From the NCBI GenBank assembly GCA_964016885.1, contig OZ024741.1:162130001-162194000 (forward strand): a DNA stretch of 64,000 nucleotides. Direction: 5' to 3'. Source of the DNA: Eledone cirrhosa. Its lineage: Eukaryota. Of the stretch, positions 51,170 through 64,000 are shown one piece after another (the stretch's first letter is position 1; every line of letters begins with the position of its first letter). A program made the position numbers and the translations under genes. Below the pieces are notes generated by a model, which saw only the letters and a list, made by a program, of their open reading frames with translations, ran no database searches and was not told where the DNA came from.

Positions 51170-51874
51170 CTAGCAGAAAAAGCACCCTTCTGGTGGTTTT
51201 CTGCTAGCATGTGTAGTGTGCATATTGATATTACATATATATACATATCAAATAAAATCGTAATTGACAATATACACAGAAATCGAACGAAACTGCGTTA
51301 CACTATCTTATGTAATCAGTAACGTAATCCATGATACATTAAAAAAAGACGATATTATTTAATAACAATTATAGTATTTTGAATTTTGACAAAAATGTCA
51401 TGTTTCATAGCTAACGCGAGAGTCCTAAACACAGAAAATCTAAACTATAATAAAGTAAGAAGCGCGGGACTGCGTACGGCTTATAATTTTTTATAAATAA
51501 GTTGTAAAATAAGTTGGATTACTTTGAATAAATAATGAATGAATATTACATAATTTATCTACTAAATTTCGTGGCTGTTCATTAAATATATGTTATTACT
51601 TATTTAAAGATTCACTTCTTTAAAATTTTTAAATGTCAACATCTCCGGTTAGCGATTGTTTAAATAAATATTCATTTGTTTCTGTCACTAATTTTCTCCT
51701 AATGCAGTTTATATATAATATCGTCTTTTTTTAATGTATCATGGATTATGTTACTGGTTAAATAAGACAGTGTAACACAGTCTTCGTTCAATTTCTGTGT
51801 ATATTGTCAATTACGATTTTATTTGATGTATCATATCTACATGCATATAATATCAATATATACACTACACATGC
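51170..51874. mobile_element. Two partial non-autonomous Helitrons, head to head (51170-~51362 minus, 51439-51874 plus)
   Basis: CTAG hairpin end at 51170. TCTAAACTATAATAAAG start at 51439. Homologous to 7577-8056. Confidence 0.78.
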
Positions 51875-52665
51875 AATAGTTGGCCGCTATAGATAATAGT
51901 TGAGGAAATTGGGTAAATTACTCTTAGAGACAGAAAAGGTGGACAGGGGGTTCTATATATATTTAAAGGGGGGGGGGTCACCTGAGTCATAAAGCCCTGG
52001 GCTGCAGCCCACTTAGTCCATATCTATATCTGTTCATAGTCATAAATATTTTACATTAAGATATACAAAGCAGACGAGATATCAGAGGCAGTGTTTCGAG
52101 TGTTTAGTTTCATGATTCTGACGAGTAGTGTTTAATTCATTCGTGATAGACTTTATCTTTTATCACACCTCGTATCAATTTTGTTTACATTTTTATTATA
52201 TTTTCTCCCGTTATGCTGGAGAGCAGAGTTACGTGATTCCTATTGAAACTGGTAGATTCAATACTAATTCTAAACAACCAAAAACACATTCTCTACAGAA
52301 TTTGTCAAAGACTGTCAAATTCTGTTGAAAGGAAAACGAGACTATTCTTTAAAAATCAACTCTGAATTTATGCATGAGTATTTTACAATAAATTGTAGTT
52401 TTTTCTTTTCATCGTTATTTCTTTAAACAGAAACACGGTACAACAATTATACATACCTACACACACACTCACGCGTATATATATATAAATAGGCCAACCA
52501 AGTCGCATACGTCATATTAAAGAAGTTTCTCATCAACGTCAGTATATATAAATATTATACAAGTATAAAGTGGAAGCTTAGTAAAATCGAAGCTTTGGCT
52601 GTGGCCAAGCTAACGACCTACAATTGGGAATGAACAGCAAAGCACTCAAAAAGGCACACACATAG

Positions 52666-52705
<40 letters not shown>

Positions 52706-53249
52706 GCGTGCGATTATATACATGTGTATGTGTGTATATGAGTATAAATTGCTGTAGGTTTACATATGCGTGTGCGTGTGCGTGTATTTGTGTCTCTGTA
52801 TCAACGTATTCATTTATGCCTGTGTGTATCGATGCGTATGTATGTGTGTAATTATTTGTGTGTACTACTGTATATATTTGTAGTTAAGCCCACACTCCCA
52901 TATAATATACACGCATGTTTCACCCAAAAAGGCAAATGTCGACACATGTTTGACATATAATTCTCAAATAAATGTTAGCACATTGCTTACACCATAACAT
53001 TAATAAAGTCAATACAATCTTAGTAAGCTATTAAAATAATAGTTTTTGATTGCCGACACGTTTCTGTTCATTCGCCGGTTAAGCCACATCCCAGCAGCTC
53101 GATCAAGGCAATGCATATGGTTTCACCTGAGCTATACATATGTCGTTAATCACTGTCTTTTGTTGTTGTTGTTTTTTGTTTTTGTTTTTTTCTACAATAA
53201 ACTACTCATAGACACTTAAAAATATATATATATATTTTATCAGTGACAA

Positions 53250-53295
<46 letters not shown>

Positions 53296-54137
53296 TGAAA
53301 ATATGTAGAGTACCGGGCGCGGTGGAAGCATTTCTGAATTGGAGAGAGGCGGGGGAGAATTTGGTCAATTTAGTTGTAGTTTAGCTCTTATTATCAAATA
53401 TCAACCAAGATATAAAAAAAAAACTTCGATATGCGATAAACATAACATATACATAAATTGTAGTGCATATAGAAATCGATATGTGTTTTGGTAGTTTGGG
53501 GAGAAAAATATAATAATTGTAAGGGGGATAGCCCCATGACCCCCCCCCCCCTCCCCTACTTTCCCCCAGTTACAGCACCCCTGGAGTAGATAGAGGAAGG
53601 GACAAACCTTACGCCCGTATATGAATGGCATATATCAGCTATGCTCCTTCCTCAGATATGATGTTTTTGCCCGGATTTAGAGGATGAAAAACGGCAGCCT
53701 AGGGCTCGAAAACAACGTAAGTCTTATAAGCAACCGACACAAAAAGAAATTGGTCAGACAATACCTAAAGGTAGTTTTATTTAACAGAATTTCTCCCATA
53801 TGAAATAAGTTGATTAATATATGTGATAAATTCAAATATTCTTTTCATTGAGAATATCAATCTTGCTGTGGGGATTATTGACAAGAGATTAGGATAGCGA
53901 TACTAAACTATTCTAGAATCTATTTGTAGTTAAATTCTCTTTCAAGATAACTTCCAAAACAATCAGTAAGAACGTAGAGTATTTGTGATTTTCGTTGTCG
54001 TCTTTCTTTTCAAAGATGTATTTCGACGAGGCTGCACTTAAAGCTGGTGTATCATCTCAAGAGAAGTTACATTTGTTATGAATACTTTATCATGAAATGT
54101 GAAATATTAATTCTTTCAGTGCCAAATTTAGACAAAT

Positions 54138-54167
54138 AAAAGAAAGAAAGAAAGAATGAAAAGGCGA

Positions 54168-54215
<48 letters not shown>

Positions 54216-54227
54216 ATGAAAAGGCGA

Positions 54228-54262
<35 letters not shown>
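54138..54262. repeat. (AAAG)n microsatellite with a duplicated interruption
   Basis: Direct observation. Confidence 0.9.
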
Positions 54263-55330
54263 GAAAAAATAGATAAAGGGAGAAAAATATATGCCGTTGT
54301 GACAAACAGTTTTGTAAACCAAACTTGGCATCGTTCTATATGCTAATGTTCCCATGAGAACTAGAAAATAAATCTCTAGAAATTATTTATATTTCCAGGT
54401 ATTTTCACCTGCATGAGTCAAATACATGAAGTATCATCTTAAATATTTTTTTTAAATCAGAAATAACAGCTTCATCAGTTGGATGTGTGTTTATTTACTG
54501 ATTCCATAGATATGTTTCTCCCAGGAGATATGTTTGATGGAAAGATACGTTTTTGTCTTTTTTTTTTTTTTTTTCCTTTTTCTTTGTTTGCAATCTTTAC
54601 TTACAACATATGAAGGTAGGTGGCTTAGAGTTTAAAGTGTTCGGCTCACAATCGTAAGGTCGTGAGTTCGATTTGCGGCAGTGTATTGTGTCCTTGAGCA
54701 AGATATTTTTATTTCGTGTCCACCCACCTGTAATTCAAAGAGCCAGTCCTATCAAATATCATGCTGAATTTTCCTGTGAACTACATTAAAGGTGCACCTG
54801 TCTGTAGAATGCTCAGCCCTCTGCACATTAATTTTACGAGCAGGCTGTTCCGTTGTTCGAACTACTGGAACATCGTTGGAACCGACGGAAGTCCAACAAC
54901 TTACGACGTATATCCGACATCTCTTTTGCATGCTATATTTACATACTTACATTCGTTATTTAACCTTTCTGATACCAAACTGCCTAAAACCATTCTAATT
55001 CTAGAATACAAAGCTGTATATTTAATATATTTTTATATAAGAATCATTGTTAACAAACACCAGATTAATAATAAGAAAGTTAATTACATTGCTAAATCCC
55101 CTTAGATACTTGATTATTTAAAAAAATATTTTATAAATCATAGGCAGTATATTTCATTCGAAATTCTGGTAACGAAAGAATTAAAAACCTACAGCCGTTA
55201 CTCGCAATTGAGTATAATTTGATAATATGAACCATGCTTTAGCTAAGAGCTTTAGATGCCTATGCAGTCACGAACAGACACAGACACATTCTTGATCCTC
55301 CCTTCTCTTGATCCATCGCAACATTTAGGA

Positions 55331-55641
55331 CAGTGGTTCTTAACCTAGGGTGCCGGCACCCTCAAGGGGGTGTGAGATTCAGTTCTTGGGGGTGGAGAGA
55401 AGAAGCAAGAACAGAAGTCACATTAAATATTAAAATATTTTGATTGAATATTTTCTGTTATTTTCAAAAAATGTATATTTATGAATCATAGTAGTTAATT
55501 AATTAAATAGTAGCAACTAAGTAATTGATAATTTGACCTGAACATTCAACTACTTTTGTTTTATGTGCTTGGCCTAGGGGTGCGGGATGGAATTTCAAAA
55601 TCTCAAGGGGTGCCGCAATATAAAAAGGTTAAGAACTACTG
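55331..55641. mobile_element. hAT MITE (311 bp) with intact TSD
   Basis: TIR CAGTGGTTCTTAACCT / AGGTTAAGAACTACTG. Perfect 8-bp TSD ATTTAGGA at 55323-55330 and 55642-55649. Confidence 0.9.
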
Positions 55642-55934
55642 ATTTAGGAGGTGACAGATAGAAGGAGAGGGGGCTGCACCAGCACTAGGTTACTACTTAC
55701 TCTATCGACCCCGAAATGATGACAAGCAAAGTGAGCCGTAAATTAAACAAAATAAAAGAAACGTTATTTTCTTACCTTGCTTTTCTTTGTTGTAAATATT
55801 TAAATATTGTGTCATTGTAGTTGTTTAGCACCAAATCAACTCTGGGTGAGCAGACATATAACCAACGTCGATAATATAAAGACTACAAAACATGTTTTAT
55901 TAAATCACCACATTTCTTGCATTTATTTATGTTT

Positions 55935-56157
55935 ATAATAGTGGTTTCTTATATAGGCACAAGGCCAGCAATTTTGGGGAAGGGGAAAGTCGATTAAATC
56001 GACACCAGTGCGTGACTGGTACTTTATTTTATCGATCCCGTAAGGATGAGAGGCAAAGTTAACATCGACGGGATTTGAACTCAGATCATAAAGGGCCATA
56101 ACTCTATGCTGCTCGGCATAGCGTCCGACCCTCTACCGGTACTGCCAATCCACCGCT
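55935..56157 (-). mobile_element. MetaSINE-like tRNA SINE, full length
   Basis: Same family as 709-927. Confidence 0.82.
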
Positions 56158-56387
56158 CTTATTGCTGTTTAACAATTTGATAGAAAAAGGAAAAAAATAG
56201 ATTGAGAAGAAAAAATGGAATATAAAATAAGAATATATAAAAACGGAAAAGGAAGTGAAAGGCAAGTACTGGGGCGGCGATATAATCGATCTCTCCTTAC
56301 CTTGTGCCTAACTTAGAAAACATTAATATTTATTATTTAAAAGGTTAAAATAATAGAAAACATGAATTATATTCAAGAATTTAGAAA

Positions 56388-56570
56388 ATAATGGTTTCTG
56401 ATTTAGGCACAAGGCCAACAATTTTCGACGGGAAAGGGAAAAGTCAATTAAATCAACCCCAGTACATTACTGGTACTTTATTTTATCGACGCCGTAAGGA
56501 TGAAAGGCAAAGTTAACTCAGACCGTAAAAAGCCGTAACTACGCTGCAAAGCTCTACCAATACTGCTAAT
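56388..56570 (-). mobile_element. MetaSINE-like copy whose head merges into the 44-bp satellite
   Basis: gatttaggcacaaggcc...ggatgaaaggcaaagttaac...gccgtaactacgctgcaaagctctaccaatactgctaatc. Confidence 0.8.
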
Positions 56571-59500
56571 CTATACTACAATACTATGTCCAACACTCTA
56601 CCTATACTGCTAATCTACACTACAATACTATGTCCAACACTCTACCTATACTGCTAATCTACACTACAATACTATGTCCAACACTCTACCTATACTGCTA
56701 ATCTACACTACAATACTATGTCCAACACTCTACCAATACTGCTAATCTATACTACAATACTATGTCCAACACTCTACCAATACTGCTAATCTATACTACA
56801 ATACTATGTCCAACACTCTACCTATACTGCTAATCTATACTACAATACTATGTCCAACACTCTACCAATACTGCTAATCTATACTACAATACTATGTCCA
56901 ACACTCTACCTATACTGCTAATCTATACTACAATACTATGTCCAACACTCTACCAATACTGCTAATCTATACTACAATACTATGTCCAACACTCTACCTA
57001 TACTGCTAATCTATACTACAATACTATGTCCAACACTCTACCAATACTGCTAATCTATACTACAATACTATGTCCAACACTCTACCAATACTGCTAATCT
57101 ATACTACAATACTATGTCCAACACTCTACCAATACTGCTAATCTATACTACAATACTATGTCCAACACTCTACCAATACTGCTAATCTATACTACAATAC
57201 TATGTCCAACACTCTACCAATACTGCTAATCTATACTACAATACTATGTCCAACACTCTACCTATACTGCTAATCTATACTACAATACTATGTCCAACAC
57301 TCTACCAATACTGCTAATCTATACAACAATACTATGTCCAACACTCTACCTATACTGCTAATCTACACTACAATACCATGTCCAACACTCTACCAATACT
57401 GCTAATCTATACTACAATACTATGTCCAACACTCTACCAATACTGCTAATCTACACTACAATACTATGTCCAACACTCTACCAATACTGCTAATCTACAC
57501 TACAATACTATGTCCAACACTCTACCAATACTGCTAATCTACACTACAATACTATGTCCAACACTCTACCTATACTGCTAATCTATACTACAATACTATG
57601 TCCAACACTCTACCTATACTGCTAATCTATACTACAATACTATGTCCAACACTCTACCAATACTGCTAATCTATACTACAATACTATGTCCAACACTCTA
57701 CCTATACTGCTAATCTACACTACAATACTATGTCCAACACTCTACCAATACTGCTAATCTACACTACAATACTATGTCCAACACTCTACCTATACTGCTA
57801 ATCTATACTACAATACTATGTCCAACACTCTACCTATACTGCTAATCTATACTACAATACTATGTCCAACACTCTACCTATACTGCTAATCTATACTACA
57901 ATACTATGTCCAACACTCTACCTATACTGCTAATCTATACTACAATACTATGTCCAACACTCTACCTATACTGCTAATCTATACTACAATACTATGTCCA
58001 ACACTCTACCTATACTGCTAATCTATACTACAATACTATGTCCAACACTCTACCAATACTGCTAATCTACACTACAATACTATGTCCAACACTCTACCTA
58101 TACTGCTAATCTATACTACAATACTATGTCCAACACTCTACCAATACTGCTAATCTACACTACAATACTATGTCCAACACTCTACCAATACTGCTAATCT
58201 ACACTACAATACTATGTCCAACACTCTACCTATACTGCTAATCTATACTACAATACTATGTCCAACACTCTACCAATACTGCTAATCTATACTACAATAC
58301 TATGTCCAACACTCTACCTATACTGCTAATCTACACTACAATACTATGTCCAACACTCTACCAATACTGCTAATCTACACTACAATACTATGTCCAACAC
58401 TCTACCAATACTGCTAATCTATACTACAATACTATGTCCAACACTCTACCAATACTGCTAATCTACACTACAATACTATGTCCAACACTCTACCTATACT
58501 GCTAATCTATACTACAATACTATGTCCAACACTCTACCAATACTGCTAATCTACACTACAATACTATGTCCAACACTCTACCAATACTGCTAATCTACAC
58601 TACAATACTATGTCCAACACTCTACCTATACTGCTAATCTATACTACAATACTACGTCCAACACTCTACCTATACTGCTAATCTATACTACAATACTATG
58701 TCCAACACTCTACCAATACTGCTAATCTACACTACAATACTATGTCCAACACTCTACCTATACTGCTAATCTATACTACAATACTATGTCCAACACTCTA
58801 CCTATACTGCTAATCTATACTACAATACTATGTCCAACACTCTACCAATACTGCTAATCTATACTACAATACTATGTCCAACACTCTACCAATACTGCTA
58901 ATCTACACTACAATACTATGTCCAACACTCTACCAATACTGCTAATCTACACTACAATACTATGTCCAACACTCTACCTATACTGCTAATCTATACTACA
59001 ATACTACGTCCAACACTCTACCTATACTGCTAATCTATACTACAATACTATGTCCAACACTCTACCAATACTGCTAATCTACACTACAATACTATGTCCA
59101 ACACTCTACCTATACTGCTAATCTATACTACAATACTATGTCCAACACTCTACCTATACTGCTAATCTATACTACAATACTATGTCCAACACTCTACCTA
59201 TACTGCTAATCTATACTACAATACCATGTCCAACACTCTACCTATACTGCTAATCTATACTACAATACTATGTCCAACACTCTACCTATACTGCTAATCT
59301 ACACTACAATACCATGTCCAACACTCTACCTATACTGCTAATCTATACTACAATACTATGTCCAACACTCTACCAATACTGCTAATCTATACTACAATAC
59401 TATGTCCAACACTCTACCTATACTGCTAATCTATACTACAATACCATGTCCAACACTCTACCTATACTGCTAATCTATACTACAATACCATGTCCAACAC

Positions 59501-62500
59501 TCTACCTATACTGCTAATCTATACTACAATACCATGTCCAACACTCTACCTATACTGCTAATCTATACTACAATACTATGTCCAACACTCTACCTATACT
59601 GCTAATCTATACTACAATACTATGTCCAACACTCTACCTATACTGCTAATCTATACTACAATACCATGTCCAACACTCTACCTATACTGCTAATCTATAC
59701 TACAATACCATGTCCAACACTCTACCTATACTGCTAATCTATACTACAATACCATGTCCAACACTCTACCTATACTGCTAATCTATACTACAATACTATG
59801 TCCAACACTCTACCTATACTGCTAATCTATACTACAATACTATGTCCAACACTCTACCTATACTGCTAATCTATACTACAATACCATGTCCAACACTCTA
59901 CCTATACTGCTAATCTATACTACAATACTATGTCCAACACTCTACCAATACTGCTAATCTATACTACAATACCATGTCCAACACTCTACCTATACTGCTA
60001 ATCTATACTACAATACTATGTCCAACACTCTACCTATACTGCTAATCTATACTACAATACTATGTCCAACACTCTACCAATACTGCTAATCTATACTACA
60101 ATACTATGTCCAACACTCTACCTATACTGCTAATCTATACTACAATACTATGTCCAACACTCTACCTATACTGCTAATCTATACTACAATACTATGTCCA
60201 ACACTCTACCTATACTGCTAATCTATACTACAATACTATGTCCAACACTCTACCTATACTGCTAATCTATACTACAATACTATGTCCAACACTCTACCTA
60301 TACTGCTAATCTATACTACAATACTATGTCCAACACTCTACCTATACTGCTAATCTATACTACAATACTATGTCCAACACTCTACCTATACTGCTAATCT
60401 ATACTACAATACTATGTCCAACACTCTACCTATACTGCTAATCTATACTACAATACTATGTCCAACACTCTACCTATACTGCTAATCTATACTACAATAC
60501 TATGTCCAACACTCTACCAATACTGCTAATCTATACTACAATACTATGTCCAACACTCTACCTATACTGCTAATCTATACTACAATACTATGTCCAACAC
60601 TCTACCTATACTGCTAATCTATACTACAATACCATGTCCAACACTCTACCTATACTGCTAATCTATACTACAATACCATGTCCAACACTCTACCTATACT
60701 GCTAATCTATACTACAATACTATGTCCAACACTCTACCAATACTGCTAATCTACACTACAATACTATGTCCAACACTCTACCTATACTGCTAATCTATAC
60801 TACAATACTATGTCCAACACTCTACCTATACTGCTAATCTACACTACAATACTATGTCCAACACTCTACCTATACTGCTAATCTACACTACAATACTATG
60901 TCCAACACTCTACCTATACTGCTAATCTATACTACAATACTATGTCCAACACTCTACCTATACTGCTAATCTATACTACAATACCATGTCCAACACTCTA
61001 CCTATACTGCTAATCTATACTACAATACTATGTCCAACACTCTACCTATACTGCTAATCTATACTACAATACCATGTCCAACACTCTACCTATACTGCTA
61101 ATCTACACTACAATACCATGTCCAACACTCTACCTATACTGCTAATCTATACTACAATACCATGTCCAACACTCTACCTATACTGCTAATCTATACTACA
61201 ATACCATGTCCAACACTCTACCTATACTGCTAATCTATACTACAATACCATGTCCAACACTCTACCTATACTGCTAATCTATACTACAATACTATGTCCA
61301 ACACTCTACCTATACTGCTAATCTATACTACAATACCATGTCCAACACTCTACCTATACTGCTAATCTATACTACAATACCATGTCCAACACTCTACCTA
61401 TACTGCTAATCTATACTACAATACTATGTCCAACACTCTACCTATACTGCTAATCTATACTACAATACTATGTCCAACACTCTACCTATACTGCTAATCT
61501 ATACTACAATACTATGTCCAACACTCTACCAATACTGCTAATCTACACTACAATACCATGTCCAACACTCTACCTATACTGCTAATCTATACTACAATAC
61601 TATGTCCAACACTCTACCAATACTGCTAATCTACACTACAATACTATGTCCAACACTCTACCTATACTGCTAATCTATACTACAATACTATGTCCAACAC
61701 TCTACCTATACTGCTAATCTACACTACAATACTATGTCCAACACTCTACCTATACTGCTAATCTACACTACAATACTATGTCCAACACTCTACCTATACT
61801 GCTAATCTATACTACAATACTATGTCCAACACTCTACCAATACTGCTAATCTATACTACAATACCATGTCCAACACTCTACCTATACTGCTAATCTATAC
61901 TACAATACTACGTCCAACACTCTACCTATACTGCTAATCTACACTACAATACCATGTCCAACACTCTACCTATACTGCTAATCTACACTACAATACTATG
62001 TCCAACACTCTACCTATACTGCTAATCTACACTACAATACTATGTCCAACACTCTACCAATACTGCTAATCTACACTACAATACTATGTCCAACACTCTA
62101 CCTATACTGCTAATCTATACTACAATACTATGTCCAACACTCTACCTATACTGCTAATCTATACTACAATACTATGTCCAACACTCTACCTATACTGCTA
62201 ATCTACACTACAATACTATGTCCAACACTCTACCAATACTGCTAATCTACACTACAATACTATGTCCAACACTCTACCTATACTGCTAATCTATACTACA
62301 ATACTATGTCCAACACTCTACCAATACTGCTAATCTATACTACAATACTATGTCCAACACTCTACCTATACTGCTAATCTACACTACAATACTATGTCCA
62401 ACACTCTACCAATACTGCTAATCTATACTACAATACCATGTCCAACACTCTACCTATACTGCTAATCTATACTACAATACTACGTCCAACACTCTACCAA

Positions 62501-64000
62501 TACTGCTAATCTATACTACAATACTATGTCCAACACTCTACCAATACTGCTAATCTATACTACAATACTATGTCCAACACTCTACCTATACTGCTAATCT
62601 ATACTACAATACTATGTCCAACACTCTACCAATACTGCTAATCTATACTACAATACTATGTCCAACACTCTACCTATACTGCTAATCTACACTACAATAC
62701 TATGTCCAACACTCTACCTATACTGCTAATCTATACTACAATACTACGTCCAACACTCTACCTATACTGCTAATCTACACTACAATACCATGTCCAACAC
62801 TCTACCTATACTGCTAATCTACACTACAATACTATGTCCAACACTCTACCTATACTGCTAATCTACACTACAATACTATGTCCAACACTCTACCTATACT
62901 GCTAAACTACACTACAATACTATGTCCAACACTCGACCTATACTGCTAATCTACACTACAATACTATGTCCAACACTCTACCTATACTGCTAATCTACAC
63001 TACAATACCATGTCCAACACTCTACCAATACTGCTAATCTACACTACAATACTATGTCCAACACTCTACCTATACTGCTAATCTACACTACAATACTATG
63101 TCCAACACTCTACCTATACTGCTAATCTACACTACAATACTATGTCCAACACTCTACCTATACTGCTAATCTATACTACAATACTATGTCCAACACTCTA
63201 CCTATACTGCTAATCTATACTACAATACTATGTCCAACACTCTACCAATACTGCTAATCTATACTACAATACTATGTCCAACACTCTACCTATACTGCTA
63301 ATCTACACTACAATACTATGCCCAACACTCTACCTATACTGCTAATCTACACTCCAATACTATGTCCAACACTCTACCAATACTGCTAATCTATACTACA
63401 ATACTATGTCCAACACTCTACCTATACTGCTAATCTATACTACAATACTATGTCCAACACTCTACCTATACTGCTAATCTATACTACAATACTATGTCCA
63501 ACACTCTACCTATACTGCTAATCTATACTACAATACTATGTCCAACACTCTACCTATACTGCTAATCTATACTACAATACTACGTCCAACACTCTACCTA
63601 TACTGCTAATCTATACTACAATACTATGTCCAACACTCTACCTATACTGCTAATCTATACTACAATACTATGTCCAACACTCTACCAATACTGCTAATCT
63701 ATACTACAATACTATGTCCAACACTCTACCAATACTGCTAATCTATACTACAATACTATGTCCAACACTCTACCTATACTGCTAATCTATACTACAATAC
63801 TATGTCCAACACTCTACCAATACTGCTAATCTACACTACAATACTATGTCCAACACTCTACCAATACTGCTAATCTACACTTCAATACTATGTCCAACAC
63901 TCTACCAATACTGCTAATCTACACTACAATACTATGTCCAACACTCTACCTATACTGCTAATCTATACTACAATACTATGTCCAACACTCTACCTATACT
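56552..64000. repeat. 44-bp satellite array, about 169 units, running off the window end
   Basis: Unit tatgtccaacactctacc(a/t)atactgctaatcta(t/c)actacaatac. Period measured from 56585 to 56629. Confidence 0.97.

Noticed and set aside
56552-64000. CRISPR-like array
   Set aside because: Units are contiguous with no unique spacers, there are no cas genes and the context is eukaryotic. It is a satellite.

Overview
AT-rich, repeat-dense animal genomic DNA. The SINE families, microsatellite load and gene style suggest a cephalopod, probably Octopus (inference). One clear protein-coding gene is present: a 4-exon UQCRH/QCR6 (complex III hinge subunit, 95 aa) on the + strand at 15382-25892. The rest is mobile-element debris: MetaSINE- and CORE-type tRNA SINEs, decayed RTE, CRE, HERO and R4/Dong-type non-LTR retrotransposons, Penelope-like fragments, non-autonomous Helitrons, hAT and piggyBac-like MITEs, microsatellites and local duplications. 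The most notable signal is a near-perfect 310-bp tandem array (2835-4425). Every unit carries, on the minus strand, a complete type I hammerhead ribozyme with a palindromic minimal stem III, the architecture of a non-LTR retrozyme (self-cleaving, circRNA-forming retroelement). A second, different hammerhead lies at 45301-45369. The last ~7.4 kb is a 44-bp satellite that appears to have arisen from the tRNA-like head of an adjacent SINE. Repeat boundaries were read by eye and are approximate unless motifs are quoted.
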